The notes: generated by a model from the letters alone, not told the origin. A DNA stretch of 64,000 nucleotides from a bacterium (GCA_021781995.1 JAJXVT010000003.1:3112-67111), one strand, 5' to 3'; positions 53,123 through 63,536 are shown, counted from the stretch's first letter. Numbers and translations are program-made.

Positions 53123-53974
53123 TTAATTCAAGTTTTTGTAGGGGCTATAGATCCATCCGCGGCTTGCTATATTGCAAAACCATTCAAATACACCGTCACA
53201 TTCTTCGATTAAAGGCTGTATATTATCGAGGCGCGTGCCGTGTTGAAATTCTTGTAAAATTTGATAACGAGCCATGGACATCTCTTCAAAACAATCTTGA
53301 TCAGCATTGCGAAACAAGACAAACTGAGAGATAGAGGAAGGTATTGAGAGTTTTGGGAAATCGTTTTGTTGCCAGTGATCGCAAGAATTTTTTAAAAGCT
53401 GTGATCGAAATTCCAAAATGGCCATCGTGGTTTTAGTCAATACAACGAAAGGCTGTAAAGCTAAAATGCGGTTTTCTATATTTGCTCCATCTTCTGTTGA
53501 AAGCGGAGCATGGCGCAGCGCGTATGTGAGATTTTCGTAAAGTTGATCCAATTGCGCTAATTGTACTGCAATAGCAGCACTTTTTTCATGAATGTGTTTT
53601 GCAATCCACTCTGGTAAAGCATGGCCGATATTGGCTAAAAACCAGTGTTTTGGCCTATGATCCATTAAGTAGGGCACGGCGATTTGTTCGTTAAAATCTT
53701 TGTATCCATAAAGCCGTAACAAGCTTGGGTATAATTTTTGTAAAACATTGAGAAGCCGCCACCAATATTGTTGCTGATATAATCCTATCCGCTCTTCTGC
53801 ATTTAAATCGGGGCCTTGCTTGATGATTGCTCGTATTTTTTTACCATCTTCTTTAGCATAGATAGGAAAGCGTCCGGATTCTAAGGAATCTAAAGGCGAT
53901 GAAATAATAGATGCAAACCAGTTTTGCCGATCGCAAAGCGAGTGTTGCAGCAAGCTTTGTGGATTTATAGACAT
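53123..53974 (-). CDS. DUF2063-family protein (MbnC/HvfC/BufC-like partner of MNIO enzymes)
   Basis: RIGLYQQQYWWRLLNVLQKLYPSLLRLYGYKDFNEQIAVPYL fits the DUF2063 N-terminal block as I remember it (..vYrn....l..aL...yP....llG...F). It sits downstream of a DUF692 gene. Confidence 0.7.
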   Translation of the reverse strand: MSINPQSLLQHSLCDRQNWFASIISSPLDSLESGRFPIYAKEDGKKIRAIIKQGPDLNAEERIGLYQQQYWWRLLNVLQKLYPSLLRLYGYKDFNEQIAVPYLMDHRPKHWFLANIGHALPEWIAKHIHEKSAAIAVQLAQLDQLYENLTYALRHAPLSTEDGANIENRILALQPFVVLTKTTMAILEFRSQLLKNSCDHWQQNDFPKLSIPSSISQFVLFRNADQDCFEEMSMARYQILQEFQHGTRLDNIQPLIEECDGVFEWFCNIASRGWIYSPYKNLN

Positions 53975-53977
53975 AAT

Positions 53978-54144
53978 AGACCTCTTTCGAAACTAGGGTT
54001 CTGTCGATTTTCGGGTTCTTTTGAGCCGCTGTTCGATTTAAATTTTAGGGGCCATATTCCCATCCATATTGCCCCTAAAATTTAAATCGAACAGCGGCCA
54101 AAATAATCCCAAAAAGCGACGAATCCTAGTTTCGAAAGAGGTCT
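53978..54144. repeat. 167-bp near-perfect palindromic (MITE/REP-like) element between the DUF692 and DUF2063 genes
   Basis: Terminal 20-bp arms agacctctttcgaaactagg (53978-53997) and cctagtttcgaaagaggtct (54125-54144) are perfect. Inner 28-bp arms gccgctgttcgatttaaattttaggggc (54025-54052 / 54071-54098) are perfect with an 18-nt loop. The middle arms are imperfect. Confidence 0.85.
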
Positions 54145-54968
54145 AATGTTTCTTGTTGGAATTCTTTAGCCCGCAGAGCTTCTTTCCACGTATCTTCAAG
54201 TGGAATAAAACGATCATCCCATTCTAAAAGAGTCGAAACCCCTCGAGTTTTAGGATAGACTTGACGATAGATTTCCCAAACTTCATCGCATACTGCATGA
54301 TCGTGAGTGTCCAGAACGTAACGCCCGTAGTCAGAATGACCTGCAAGATGAATTTGCACGACGCGGTGAAGGGGAATTTGCGTGTAGTATTGCTTAGGAT
54401 TAAAACCGAGATTGCGGCTGGAAACATAGAGGTTATTGACATCGAGCATAATGGAAATATCCGCTTGTTCAACGACTTCGGATAAAAATTCCCATTCCGT
54501 CATTTCATCGTCTGTAAAATCAGCATTTGCAGATAAATTTTCTAAGGCAAATGGAATTTCTAAAAAATCTTGCACGATACGCGCTTTTTGCGCGACATAC
54601 CTTGCAACGGATTTTGTTCTAGGCAAAGGAAGTAGATCGTGAAAGTGGGCGCCGGGTAGATGTCCCCAAGAAAGGTGATCGGATAACCATGGCGTTTTGG
54701 TTTTTTGAGCCAGAGTTTTGAGTTGGCGAAGATAATCCCAATCTAGTGGAGCGCTGCTGCCAATAGAAAGGGCTACTCCATGCATAACAACTGGGTAATG
54801 CTCTAAAATGCGCTCTAAATTATAAAGAGGAAGTCCTCCCTCCATATAATTTTCACTGATGATTTCAAACCAGTCGATAGCAGGCCACGTAGCAAAAATT
54901 TCCGGAAGATGCACCGATCGTAAACCAATGCCGATTCCTAAATTTGGAATGATTTGCTCTGTGGCCAT
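54126..54968 (-). CDS. DUF692 / MbnB-TglH-ChrH family multinuclear non-haem iron oxidative enzyme (MNIO)
   Basis: GIGIGLRSVH, IDWFEIISENYM, VMHGVALSIGS, WLSDHLSW, HDLLPLPRT, FALENLS, MLDVNNLYVSS, IHLAGH, LDTHDH and LLEWDD follow the UPF0276/DUF692 TIM-barrel pattern end to end. Confidence 0.88.
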   Translation of the reverse strand: MATEQIIPNLGIGIGLRSVHLPEIFATWPAIDWFEIISENYMEGGLPLYNLERILEHYPVVMHGVALSIGSSAPLDWDYLRQLKTLAQKTKTPWLSDHLSWGHLPGAHFHDLLPLPRTKSVARYVAQKARIVQDFLEIPFALENLSANADFTDDEMTEWEFLSEVVEQADISIMLDVNNLYVSSRNLGFNPKQYYTQIPLHRVVQIHLAGHSDYGRYVLDTHDHAVCDEVWEIYRQVYPKTRGVSTLLEWDDRFIPLEDTWKEALRAKEFQQETLDLFRN

Positions 54969-54977
54969 AAATATCTC

Positions 54978-55193
54978 TCAGTGTGTCAAAGCATCGCGCT
55001 TTGCTTGAGTCGCTCCACTTTGAGTTTCAGTATTTGTTGAGCTATTGCATCCGCTGCTGCCGCCGCAAGAAGACGTTTGGCTTGAACAGCTGCTTTTGTC
55101 TGCGTCTTTTTTTTCTTCGCGAGTGCAGCCGCATACGGCGGTGCCCATTGCAAGACCCATCAAAGCCATTTTGAAAACATCTTTTTTATTCAT
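54978..55193 (-). CDS. 71-aa secreted/lipoprotein-type Cys- and Ser-rich peptide, candidate MNIO substrate (RiPP-like precursor)
   Basis: MNKKDVFKMALMGLAMGTAVCGC|TREEKKDADKSSCSSQTSSCGGSSGCNSSTNTETQSGATQAKRDALTH. It has a signal peptide with a lipobox-like VCGC and core Cys residues at aa 36, 43 and 49. A strong SD (GGAAGGAG) precedes the ATG, and the stop is 9 nt before the DUF692 start. Confidence 0.65.
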   Translation of the reverse strand: MNKKDVFKMALMGLAMGTAVCGCTREEKKDADKSSCSSQTSSCGGSSGCNSSTNTETQSGATQAKRDALTH

Positions 55194-55248
55194 GTTCTAC
55201 TACTCCTTCCCCTTGAGTTTTTTAATTTTCTTATAGAATCTCTTTCGA

Positions 55249-55276
55249 TATATAAAAAAAACTGGTTTTTTGTCAA
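55249..55276 (-). promoter_or_regulatory. Candidate sigma70-type promoter of the peptide-DUF692-DUF2063 operon (coordinates +/-1)
   Basis: On the minus strand, TTGACA, a 16-nt A/T-rich spacer, then TATATA, about 55 nt upstream of the ATG at 55193. Confidence 0.3.
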
Positions 55277-55343
55277 AAAATGTTTTATATACTGAGCTTC
55301 AGATAATGATACTGAGCCGCTTAAGATTCTCTGGTATATATAG

Positions 55344-56237
55344 GTGAATATGTCGATTGATAAGCGCTATCTTCAGAGCGTTTTTTTTATGTTGCTGTCT
55401 TCGGTTGGCTTGACAATTACCGGTTTGCTGGCAAAAGTTGGTTTTCAAACCTTAACGTTAAATAGTCTTGTTTTTTGGCGTTTTTTTGTGTCCTTTTTGA
55501 TATGCCTGTCACTTCTATGGTTATTTCGTAAATTGGATGAAGAAGTTGATTTAGGTCAGATTAAATCTCATGTTTTGCGGGCGATTTTTTTGCTTCTTTC
55601 GCAATATTCGTTTTATTATTATTTAGAGAAAGCCACTTTATTAGATGCTGTGGCATTGTTGAATACAGGTCCGTTATTTATTCCTATGCTTGAGCGTTGG
55701 ATTATAGGTACTCGCGTACCTATGTCGGCTTGGGTAGGCATATTAGTTTCGTTTCTAGGTGTGATGTTAGTACTGCAGCCTGAAAATAGCATTATTGCAT
55801 GGATAGGTTTATTGGGCCTTTTTGGGGGATTTTGCCAGGGAATGTCGCAAGTTTTGTTTGGTATGAATACAAAACGCGAAGCATCGGATATTGGTGTGTT
55901 TGTTTTGATGTTATTGCTAGCTGTGTTTAGCGCGATTCCTTATTTTTTATCCGGCGATCGCACTTTAGTGGAAGGGCAGGAGCTGGATTGGTCGGTTATT
56001 GGTATCTTAATAGGTCTTGGAGTTGCTTCTGTCGCCAACCAACTATTTCGTGCAGAGGCATATAAAAGAGAGAGTCCATCTCGATTAGCTGCATTTTTAT
56101 ATATATCAGTTTTATTAGCTGGTCTGTTTGACTGGTGTTTTTTAGGTGTTGTTCCGGATTTTGTTTCAATAGTTGGCGCAGTGTTGATTATTTTAGGTGG
56201 GATAATTAAAGTTTATTATGGGACTGTCCAATCATAA
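55344..56237 (+). CDS. EamA/DMT-superfamily transporter
   Basis: 297 aa with about 10 TM helices in two similar halves; divergent from the MNIO operon. My hand count of the T-run near 55381 disagreed by 1 nt with the ORF track, so the track coordinates are kept. Confidence 0.65.
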   Translation: MNMSIDKRYLQSVFFMLLSSVGLTITGLLAKVGFQTLTLNSLVFWRFFVSFLICLSLLWLFRKLDEEVDLGQIKSHVLRAIFLLLSQYSFYYYLEKATLLDAVALLNTGPLFIPMLERWIIGTRVPMSAWVGILVSFLGVMLVLQPENSIIAWIGLLGLFGGFCQGMSQVLFGMNTKREASDIGVFVLMLLLAVFSAIPYFLSGDRTLVEGQELDWSVIGILIGLGVASVANQLFRAEAYKRESPSRLAAFLYISVLLAGLFDWCFLGVVPDFVSIVGAVLIILGGIIKVYYGTVQS

Positions 56238-56247
56238 AATAAGGAAA

Positions 56248-56430
56248 TGAGGTAGTTGCAAAACTTGAGCCCCCAGCAACATCGCCCTTTTGAAGCGGTT
56301 TGCGTCCCGCATCTTCGACCCAACTCTCTGGAGAAGGGTGCGATATTTGGGATTAGGCAGCTCTGCTGCCTGCGAAACCGGCCTCAAAATCATCGATTTT
56401 TCTGGGGGCTCGAGTTTTGCAACTACCTCA
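56248..56430. mobile_element. 183-bp MITE-like element with 27-bp terminal inverted repeats (best-formed copy of the family)
   Basis: Left TIR is tgaggtagttgcaaaacttgagccccc (56248-56274). The right TIR gggggctcgagttttgcaactacctca (56404-56430) matches its reverse complement at 26 of 27 nt. An internal hairpin ggcagctctgctgcc is present and the element has no coding capacity. Confidence 0.75.
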
Positions 56431-56447
56431 ACTGTCTAGAAATAAAT

Positions 56448-57038
56448 TCAAGTTGCTGCGGCCCAAAAAAAGGTAAAAATGATTGCCATCTTAGCAATTA
56501 AAATTAGAATGACTCGATGAAAATGACGCTCTAAAAATATTTTTACCTTATCTCCCCAGATCAGCATAGCAATGCCAATTAAGCCGAACCGAAGTAATCG
56601 CGCGGAAAAAATAGCAGAAAGATATGCCGGTAAGGCAAGGTGGAATACTCCTGCCGCTACACTCAGCGCTTTTAGCGGAAAAGGAATGAAAGCGCCTATG
56701 AAAATTGCCCCGCTTTCATATTGCATCAGTTGAGATGAAATGCGGTTGAATAGCGATTCTGATACTAGGTGCGGCACTATATAAGATCCGACAAAATCCC
56801 ATAACAAATGGCCTAACATATACCCTACTAATGCGGAAAAAACTGAAGCTGTGGCTGCGATGAAAACGTATAAAAAAGTTCGGCGAGGGTTATGTAAACA
56901 AAAAAACATTAAAATAGCGTCGAGGGGAACAAATAAAAATAATTCTAATCCAAATAGAATTGCCACCCAAAAAGGAGCTTTCGACGAGCTCGCCTTCAAG
57001 GTCGCCCAGTTATATAATTTTGCAGTTCCTGTTTTCAT
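56448..57038 (-). CDS. YqaA/DedA-like (SNARE-associated domain) inner membrane protein
   Basis: 196 aa with 4-5 TM segments. The layout and the FVPLDAILMFF / GAFIPFPLKA segments resemble YqaA-type proteins. Confidence 0.45.
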   Translation of the reverse strand: MKTGTAKLYNWATLKASSSKAPFWVAILFGLELFLFVPLDAILMFFCLHNPRRTFLYVFIAATASVFSALVGYMLGHLLWDFVGSYIVPHLVSESLFNRISSQLMQYESGAIFIGAFIPFPLKALSVAAGVFHLALPAYLSAIFSARLLRFGLIGIAMLIWGDKVKIFLERHFHRVILILIAKMAIIFTFFWAAAT

Positions 57039-57069
57039 CGAATAGCATTATACTATATTCCGAACTCTT

Positions 57070-58026
57070 ATGATACTAAAACAAGATCTGTATTGTCCTC
57101 CTCTTTTCTTGGCTCCGATGGAAGGGGTTGGAGATAAGCCATTTAGGTCCGCGATGGCCCGAGTTGGAGGCTTTGATTGGGCTTGCACTGAATTCATTCG
57201 AGTGCCTTTGACGCCGCATATTGCAAGCCTGAGTAAACAATATTGTTCTACTGATACGGCGCCCATTCCTCAAGCAGCTCAAATCATGGGCTCCAATCCT
57301 GAGCACTTAGCTCAAATGGCTCTTGCGCTTCAAAAAAGAGGAGCTCCTAGAATTGATCTCAATTGCGGTTGTCCCTCCAATACGGTGACCGGTAAAGGAG
57401 CGGGATCGAGTCTTTTAAAAACGCCAGAACTATTATATAATATTTTAAAACAAATGGTTTCGGCCGTGGCAATCCCTGTCACGGCAAAATTGCGCGCCGG
57501 TTTTGCTGATACTTCGCTGTTTCGAGAGAATTTATTGGCAGCGCAAGAGGCTAAAATAGCATTTTTAACGTTGCATCCGCGAACAAAAGTCGATGGTTAT
57601 GGTCCGCCTGCGCGTTGGGAATTGATTGCAGAGGCAAAGCAACTTTTGAAAATTCCTGTTATCGGCAACGGCGATATTAATACGGCAGATGACGCAGTGC
57701 GAATGAAGAAGCTCACCGGTTGCGATGGCATTATGGTCGGGAGGGGGGCAGTGGCCAATCCATGGATCTTTCATCAAATTCGAGCTAAATTCAATGAAAG
57801 TTTATATCAGGCTGATTCCGGCGCTTTTGAGCTGTATTTGCGGCATTATTTATCTGTATTGGATCCTCAATTAGAAACACGATCTCGAATTAGTAAACTG
57901 AAGCAAATGGCAAGTTATCTTTTTCGCGCGAATGATCGATTAACGAATGTGCGCTCTCAAGTTTTGAGCCGAACGTATGAATCAGAAGATGAATTCTTGT
58001 CTTTTATTTTAGGGTTTTACTTATAG
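57070..58026 (+). CDS. dus: tRNA-dihydrouridine synthase
   Basis: LAPMEGVGDKPFR, DLNCGCP and HPRT...GNGDI FMN-binding TIM-barrel motifs. Confidence 0.88.
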   Translation: MILKQDLYCPPLFLAPMEGVGDKPFRSAMARVGGFDWACTEFIRVPLTPHIASLSKQYCSTDTAPIPQAAQIMGSNPEHLAQMALALQKRGAPRIDLNCGCPSNTVTGKGAGSSLLKTPELLYNILKQMVSAVAIPVTAKLRAGFADTSLFRENLLAAQEAKIAFLTLHPRTKVDGYGPPARWELIAEAKQLLKIPVIGNGDINTADDAVRMKKLTGCDGIMVGRGAVANPWIFHQIRAKFNESLYQADSGAFELYLRHYLSVLDPQLETRSRISKLKQMASYLFRANDRLTNVRSQVLSRTYESEDEFLSFILGFYL

Positions 58027-58033
58027 GTAATTT

Positions 58034-59278
58034 GTGACTGTTTCCCGTCTACCAGCTATTAGTTTTTTTTATTCATCCGAGCAACCTAAAGAAATCGTGC
58101 GCGAAGGATTTTTTGAAGCTCTCTTGCAAAGGATGCGAGTTGCGCCTCAAGAAGGGAAGCTTTTATGTTATAGGGTGTTTCACGAAATTTTAAGAAAAGA
58201 CGAGCCAATCATCAGCAAACTCGCTAAACGAGCTCTTCAAAATCGTTGGGATGAACTCTCTTTTCAAGAGAGAGTTCCCGCTCTTTTCGCAGCGATACAA
58301 AATCAAGAAACTAGGCTTTTTCAAACATTAGTTGTTCAGAATTTTTTAATGGATTTGTATTCCGAAGATCTCGGGTCTATTTTTTTATGGATCGCGCATG
58401 TTGGCAATGCAGAAATGGTCCGAGTTTTTTTGTGGAAAACGAGAGTTCCTCCTCAGTTGCGCGCGGATGCTTTGTTGCGTGCTGCGGATCGCGGATCTGA
58501 AGAATTAGTATATTCTCTTATGAAAGACAGTCAGATCTCAATGGGTACTTTTTGCAAAGGTTTGATTGCCGCAGCGGAAAGTGGATCTATCAAAACTGTG
58601 CAATTGTTTATAAATCATGTACAATCTGCAAATATACCTTCTCAAGCAACGCATAAGGCCTTTTGCGAGGCTTCCAAAAAAGGCCATGTTGCGATACTCC
58701 AGCTTCTTGTAGCATCCAAATTTTTTGCTCACATGAATAATAGGAGTTTTAACGCCGCCGTTTTAACTGCGGTCTATCATGGACACTACAGCGCCCTTGT
58801 ATACTTGCTCTCTCTTCGGGATTATTTTTTAGATGTCGCATTGGATACTTATGCGGCAGTTTTAAATATCTGTTCCGAGGAAGGGTTGTTCGATATTGTG
58901 GAAGAATTGATCAGCTTTCCTCATTACGAACAAATTTCAATTCCAAATCTAGGAAATGCCTTTGTGTTAGCTGCGCAAAATGGACGTTGTCGGGTGATTG
59001 ATGCTTTTATCAATTCTGAACGATTTGAAAGCATGGCTGTCGATGATTTTATACGTGCTTGGGGTTTATCTGCTTCGTTGGGTTTTTTTGACACTATCGA
59101 GCGTTTAATGCAATGCGATCGTGTAGAGCAAGTACCTGTAGATCAGTTTGAGATTGTCTTTTCAGTAGTTCTTTCTAATGGCTATTGCGATATTGCCCAT
59201 CTTTTGATTCAAATGCCTCAATTCCATGCAATTTCTCCTGTTCTTTTGGAATATTATTTGAATTGTTCCAGTCAATAA
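58034..59278 (+). CDS. Degenerate ankyrin-like repeat protein (effector candidate)
   Basis: About 8 repeats of ~30-33 aa follow the pattern ..A...G....V..L. Examples are LLRAADRGSEELVYSLM, LIAAAESGSIKTVQLFI, FCEASKKGHVAILQLLV and VLAAQNGRCRVIDAFI. GTG start. Confidence 0.5.
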   Translation: MTVSRLPAISFFYSSEQPKEIVREGFFEALLQRMRVAPQEGKLLCYRVFHEILRKDEPIISKLAKRALQNRWDELSFQERVPALFAAIQNQETRLFQTLVVQNFLMDLYSEDLGSIFLWIAHVGNAEMVRVFLWKTRVPPQLRADALLRAADRGSEELVYSLMKDSQISMGTFCKGLIAAAESGSIKTVQLFINHVQSANIPSQATHKAFCEASKKGHVAILQLLVASKFFAHMNNRSFNAAVLTAVYHGHYSALVYLLSLRDYFLDVALDTYAAVLNICSEEGLFDIVEELISFPHYEQISIPNLGNAFVLAAQNGRCRVIDAFINSERFESMAVDDFIRAWGLSASLGFFDTIERLMQCDRVEQVPVDQFEIVFSVVLSNGYCDIAHLLIQMPQFHAISPVLLEYYLNCSSQ

Positions 59279-59294
59279 TTTATAGACCACATAT

Positions 59295-60758
59295 ATGTTC
59301 GATCATTTGAGAAATCAGCCGAAAGGGCTTTACTCTTTATTTTTTACTGAATTGTGGGAACGCTTTGGTTTTTACACGGTTCAGGCCATTTTGATCTTAT
59401 ACATGATCCATGGTTTGGGATATTCCGACGAGCGCGCGTATCTTTTGTATGGCACTTTTAGCTCGTTGATCTACCTCACTCCTGTTTTAGGCGGGTATCT
59501 AGCAGATCACCTTTTAGGATTTAAACGCTCGGTTATGATCGGGGGTGTTCTTTTGATGGTCGGCTATGCTGTTATGGCTGTGGAATCTGTCCAAACGTTA
59601 TTCCTGGGTATGGCGATTATCGTAGTTGCAAATGGTTTATTTAAGCCAAATGTTTCGAGCATGATCGGCGATTTATATACGCGCGACGATCCTAGACGCG
59701 ATAGCGGCTATACTTTGTTTTATATGGGAATTAATGTCGGTGCTTTGTTGCCGCCTTTGTTCATCGGTCGATTCGTGGATGCTGTTGGTTGGAATTGGGG
59801 TTTTTTAGTCGCTTCGGTTGGGATGGGGGTTGGATTTCTAACGTTTGTAAGTCAGCAAAAGGTGTTGGCCCATGTCGGCAAAACGCCTGTTGCTAGCCCG
59901 ATGCATTCACCTAAGAAAAAAATCGGGTGTTATCTTTGTCTATTTACTGCAATCGTCTTGCTAGTCGGTGTTTTGCAAATTTTGTTTTCTAGGCCTCAAG
60001 AAACAAACTCCGTATTAGTATCTGCTTCGATATTGATTTTATCAGTTGTAATCTATTATTTGGCAAAAGAACCAATCCACGCACGTAAGCGTCTTTGGGC
60101 ATGTTTAGTGCTCATAGCATTATCGGTCGGTTTTTGGGCTGTGTACGTACAGATGTTTACATCGATTATGCTTTTTGCTGACCGCAATATGACAAAAGAT
60201 TTTTTAGGGATCAAGATTGATGCGGAATTTACTCAGTTTTTTAATCCATTTTTTATTTTGGCCTTAAGCCCTATTTTAAGCGGGTACTGGATAAAATTAG
60301 CTTCTAAATCAAAAAACCCTTCGATTCCAGTTAAGTTTGCATCGGGTGTTTTGTGCATGGCGATTGGTTTTGGTTTGCTGGGTGGAGCAATTGGTTTTTT
60401 TTCAACAGATGGGATGACGTCTCCATGGTGGTTAGTCGCGTCTTATTTAATTATGACTACCGGTGAGTTATTGCTATCTCCAATTGGATTGGCTATGATT
60501 ACGCATCTGGCGCCATCGCATCTTGTCGGTATGATGATGGGGGTGTGGTTTTTAACTCAGTCGGCAGCATTTGCTGTCGGCGGTGTTTTAGCAACTTGGG
60601 CCGATATTCCGAAAGAGGCGAGTCTAGCTCAAGCATCCGCGATTTATTCTAAAGCTTTTCTAGAGTATGGGGCCATTTCTTTTTTACTGGCTATATTGGG
60701 TTTTTCCTTGGCTCCGTATTTAAATCGATTGATTAGGAAATCTCATGTGGAAAATTAG
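59295..60758 (+). CDS. Proton-dependent oligopeptide transporter (POT/PTR2 family)
   Basis: LFFTELWERFGFYTVQAIL (ExxERF motif), GGYLADHLLG and FYMGINVGALL, with 12-14 TM segments. Confidence 0.88.
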   Translation: MFDHLRNQPKGLYSLFFTELWERFGFYTVQAILILYMIHGLGYSDERAYLLYGTFSSLIYLTPVLGGYLADHLLGFKRSVMIGGVLLMVGYAVMAVESVQTLFLGMAIIVVANGLFKPNVSSMIGDLYTRDDPRRDSGYTLFYMGINVGALLPPLFIGRFVDAVGWNWGFLVASVGMGVGFLTFVSQQKVLAHVGKTPVASPMHSPKKKIGCYLCLFTAIVLLVGVLQILFSRPQETNSVLVSASILILSVVIYYLAKEPIHARKRLWACLVLIALSVGFWAVYVQMFTSIMLFADRNMTKDFLGIKIDAEFTQFFNPFFILALSPILSGYWIKLASKSKNPSIPVKFASGVLCMAIGFGLLGGAIGFFSTDGMTSPWWLVASYLIMTTGELLLSPIGLAMITHLAPSHLVGMMMGVWFLTQSAAFAVGGVLATWADIPKEASLAQASAIYSKAFLEYGAISFLLAILGFSLAPYLNRLIRKSHVEN

Positions 60759-61434
60759 TTGGAAGATTGCGATATTGTCTGTGGCAGCGGCTATTGTGTT
60801 TTTCTGGGTTGTGAAAACTGAGTTGATCGCAACTTATTTAACAGAAAAAATCAAAATCCCTGTGACGATAGGACAAATTGAATTGGGATTGAGTCAATCT
60901 CAAATTATCGATTTTCAGATTCGAAATCCTCGGGGATTTCACTCTCATTTTGCTTTGCTAGCGGCCAACACATCGATTGCCTATCAACTGACAGAACTTT
61001 TTAGCAGCCCTTCTATCATTGATACCATTGAAATCGATGATGTGTTTTTGAGCATTGAACTTTTAAATCCTTTGGGAACTCAAAATAATTGGACAGTGAT
61101 CGGAGAAAATATCCGTAAAAAAGAGGCTAAAGAGCGACTTCACGAAGTGGCGGTTCATACGTTGATAGTGCGCAACTTAACGGTTGAAATTCGCGGGTTG
61201 GGACTTTCCGGAGCCACTCAAGTAAAACAAATTCCTTATTTGCAGTTTGATAATATCGATAGTCATGAGGGCTTCCCGACAAAAGAATTGATTCAGGCTA
61301 TTTTTGGCGGCAGCGGTTTAATGCAATATATTCAGGATATTTTTAATCCGCAAAACTTGTTGCCGAAGGCTTTATCGCCTTTTCAACTGTTTGGAATGAC
61401 AGGGGGCTTGGAAAGCCCCCCGAATATGGACTGA
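60745..61434 (+). CDS. Hypothetical single-pass membrane protein
   Basis: N-terminal TM helix (IAILSVAAAIVFFWVV) followed by a soluble domain; 14-nt overlap with the POT gene. Confidence 0.5.
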   Translation: MWKISWKIAILSVAAAIVFFWVVKTELIATYLTEKIKIPVTIGQIELGLSQSQIIDFQIRNPRGFHSHFALLAANTSIAYQLTELFSSPSIIDTIEIDDVFLSIELLNPLGTQNNWTVIGENIRKKEAKERLHEVAVHTLIVRNLTVEIRGLGLSGATQVKQIPYLQFDNIDSHEGFPTKELIQAIFGGSGLMQYIQDIFNPQNLLPKALSPFQLFGMTGGLESPPNMD

Positions 61435-61437
61435 CGA

Positions 61438-63400
<1,963 letters not shown>

Positions 63401-63509
63401 ATTGTTCTCCATTTTGTTCCGCCTTTGGCGACATTGCCTCGGGCGAAAGAGGTTTTTAACAGTTCTGGAAAAGGAATATAGCGGATGAGCTTATTTTTTG
63501 CAAACGCAT

Positions 63510-63536
63510 TTAGCACAACGGCTGCTCGATTGCTAA
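63510..63536. promoter_or_regulatory. CIRCE-like HrcA operator upstream of groES
   Basis: TTAGCACAA-cggctgctc-GATTGCTAA, compared with the consensus TTAGCACTC-N9-GAGTGCTAA. It lies about 110 nt upstream of the groES start. Confidence 0.7.

Noticed and set aside
56256-56501. 81-aa ORF (MQNLSPQQHRPFEAV...)
   Set aside because: It lies within the 183-bp MITE-like element and runs into the opposite-strand membrane gene. It starts in the TIR and has no SD. It is considered an artefact of the repeat.
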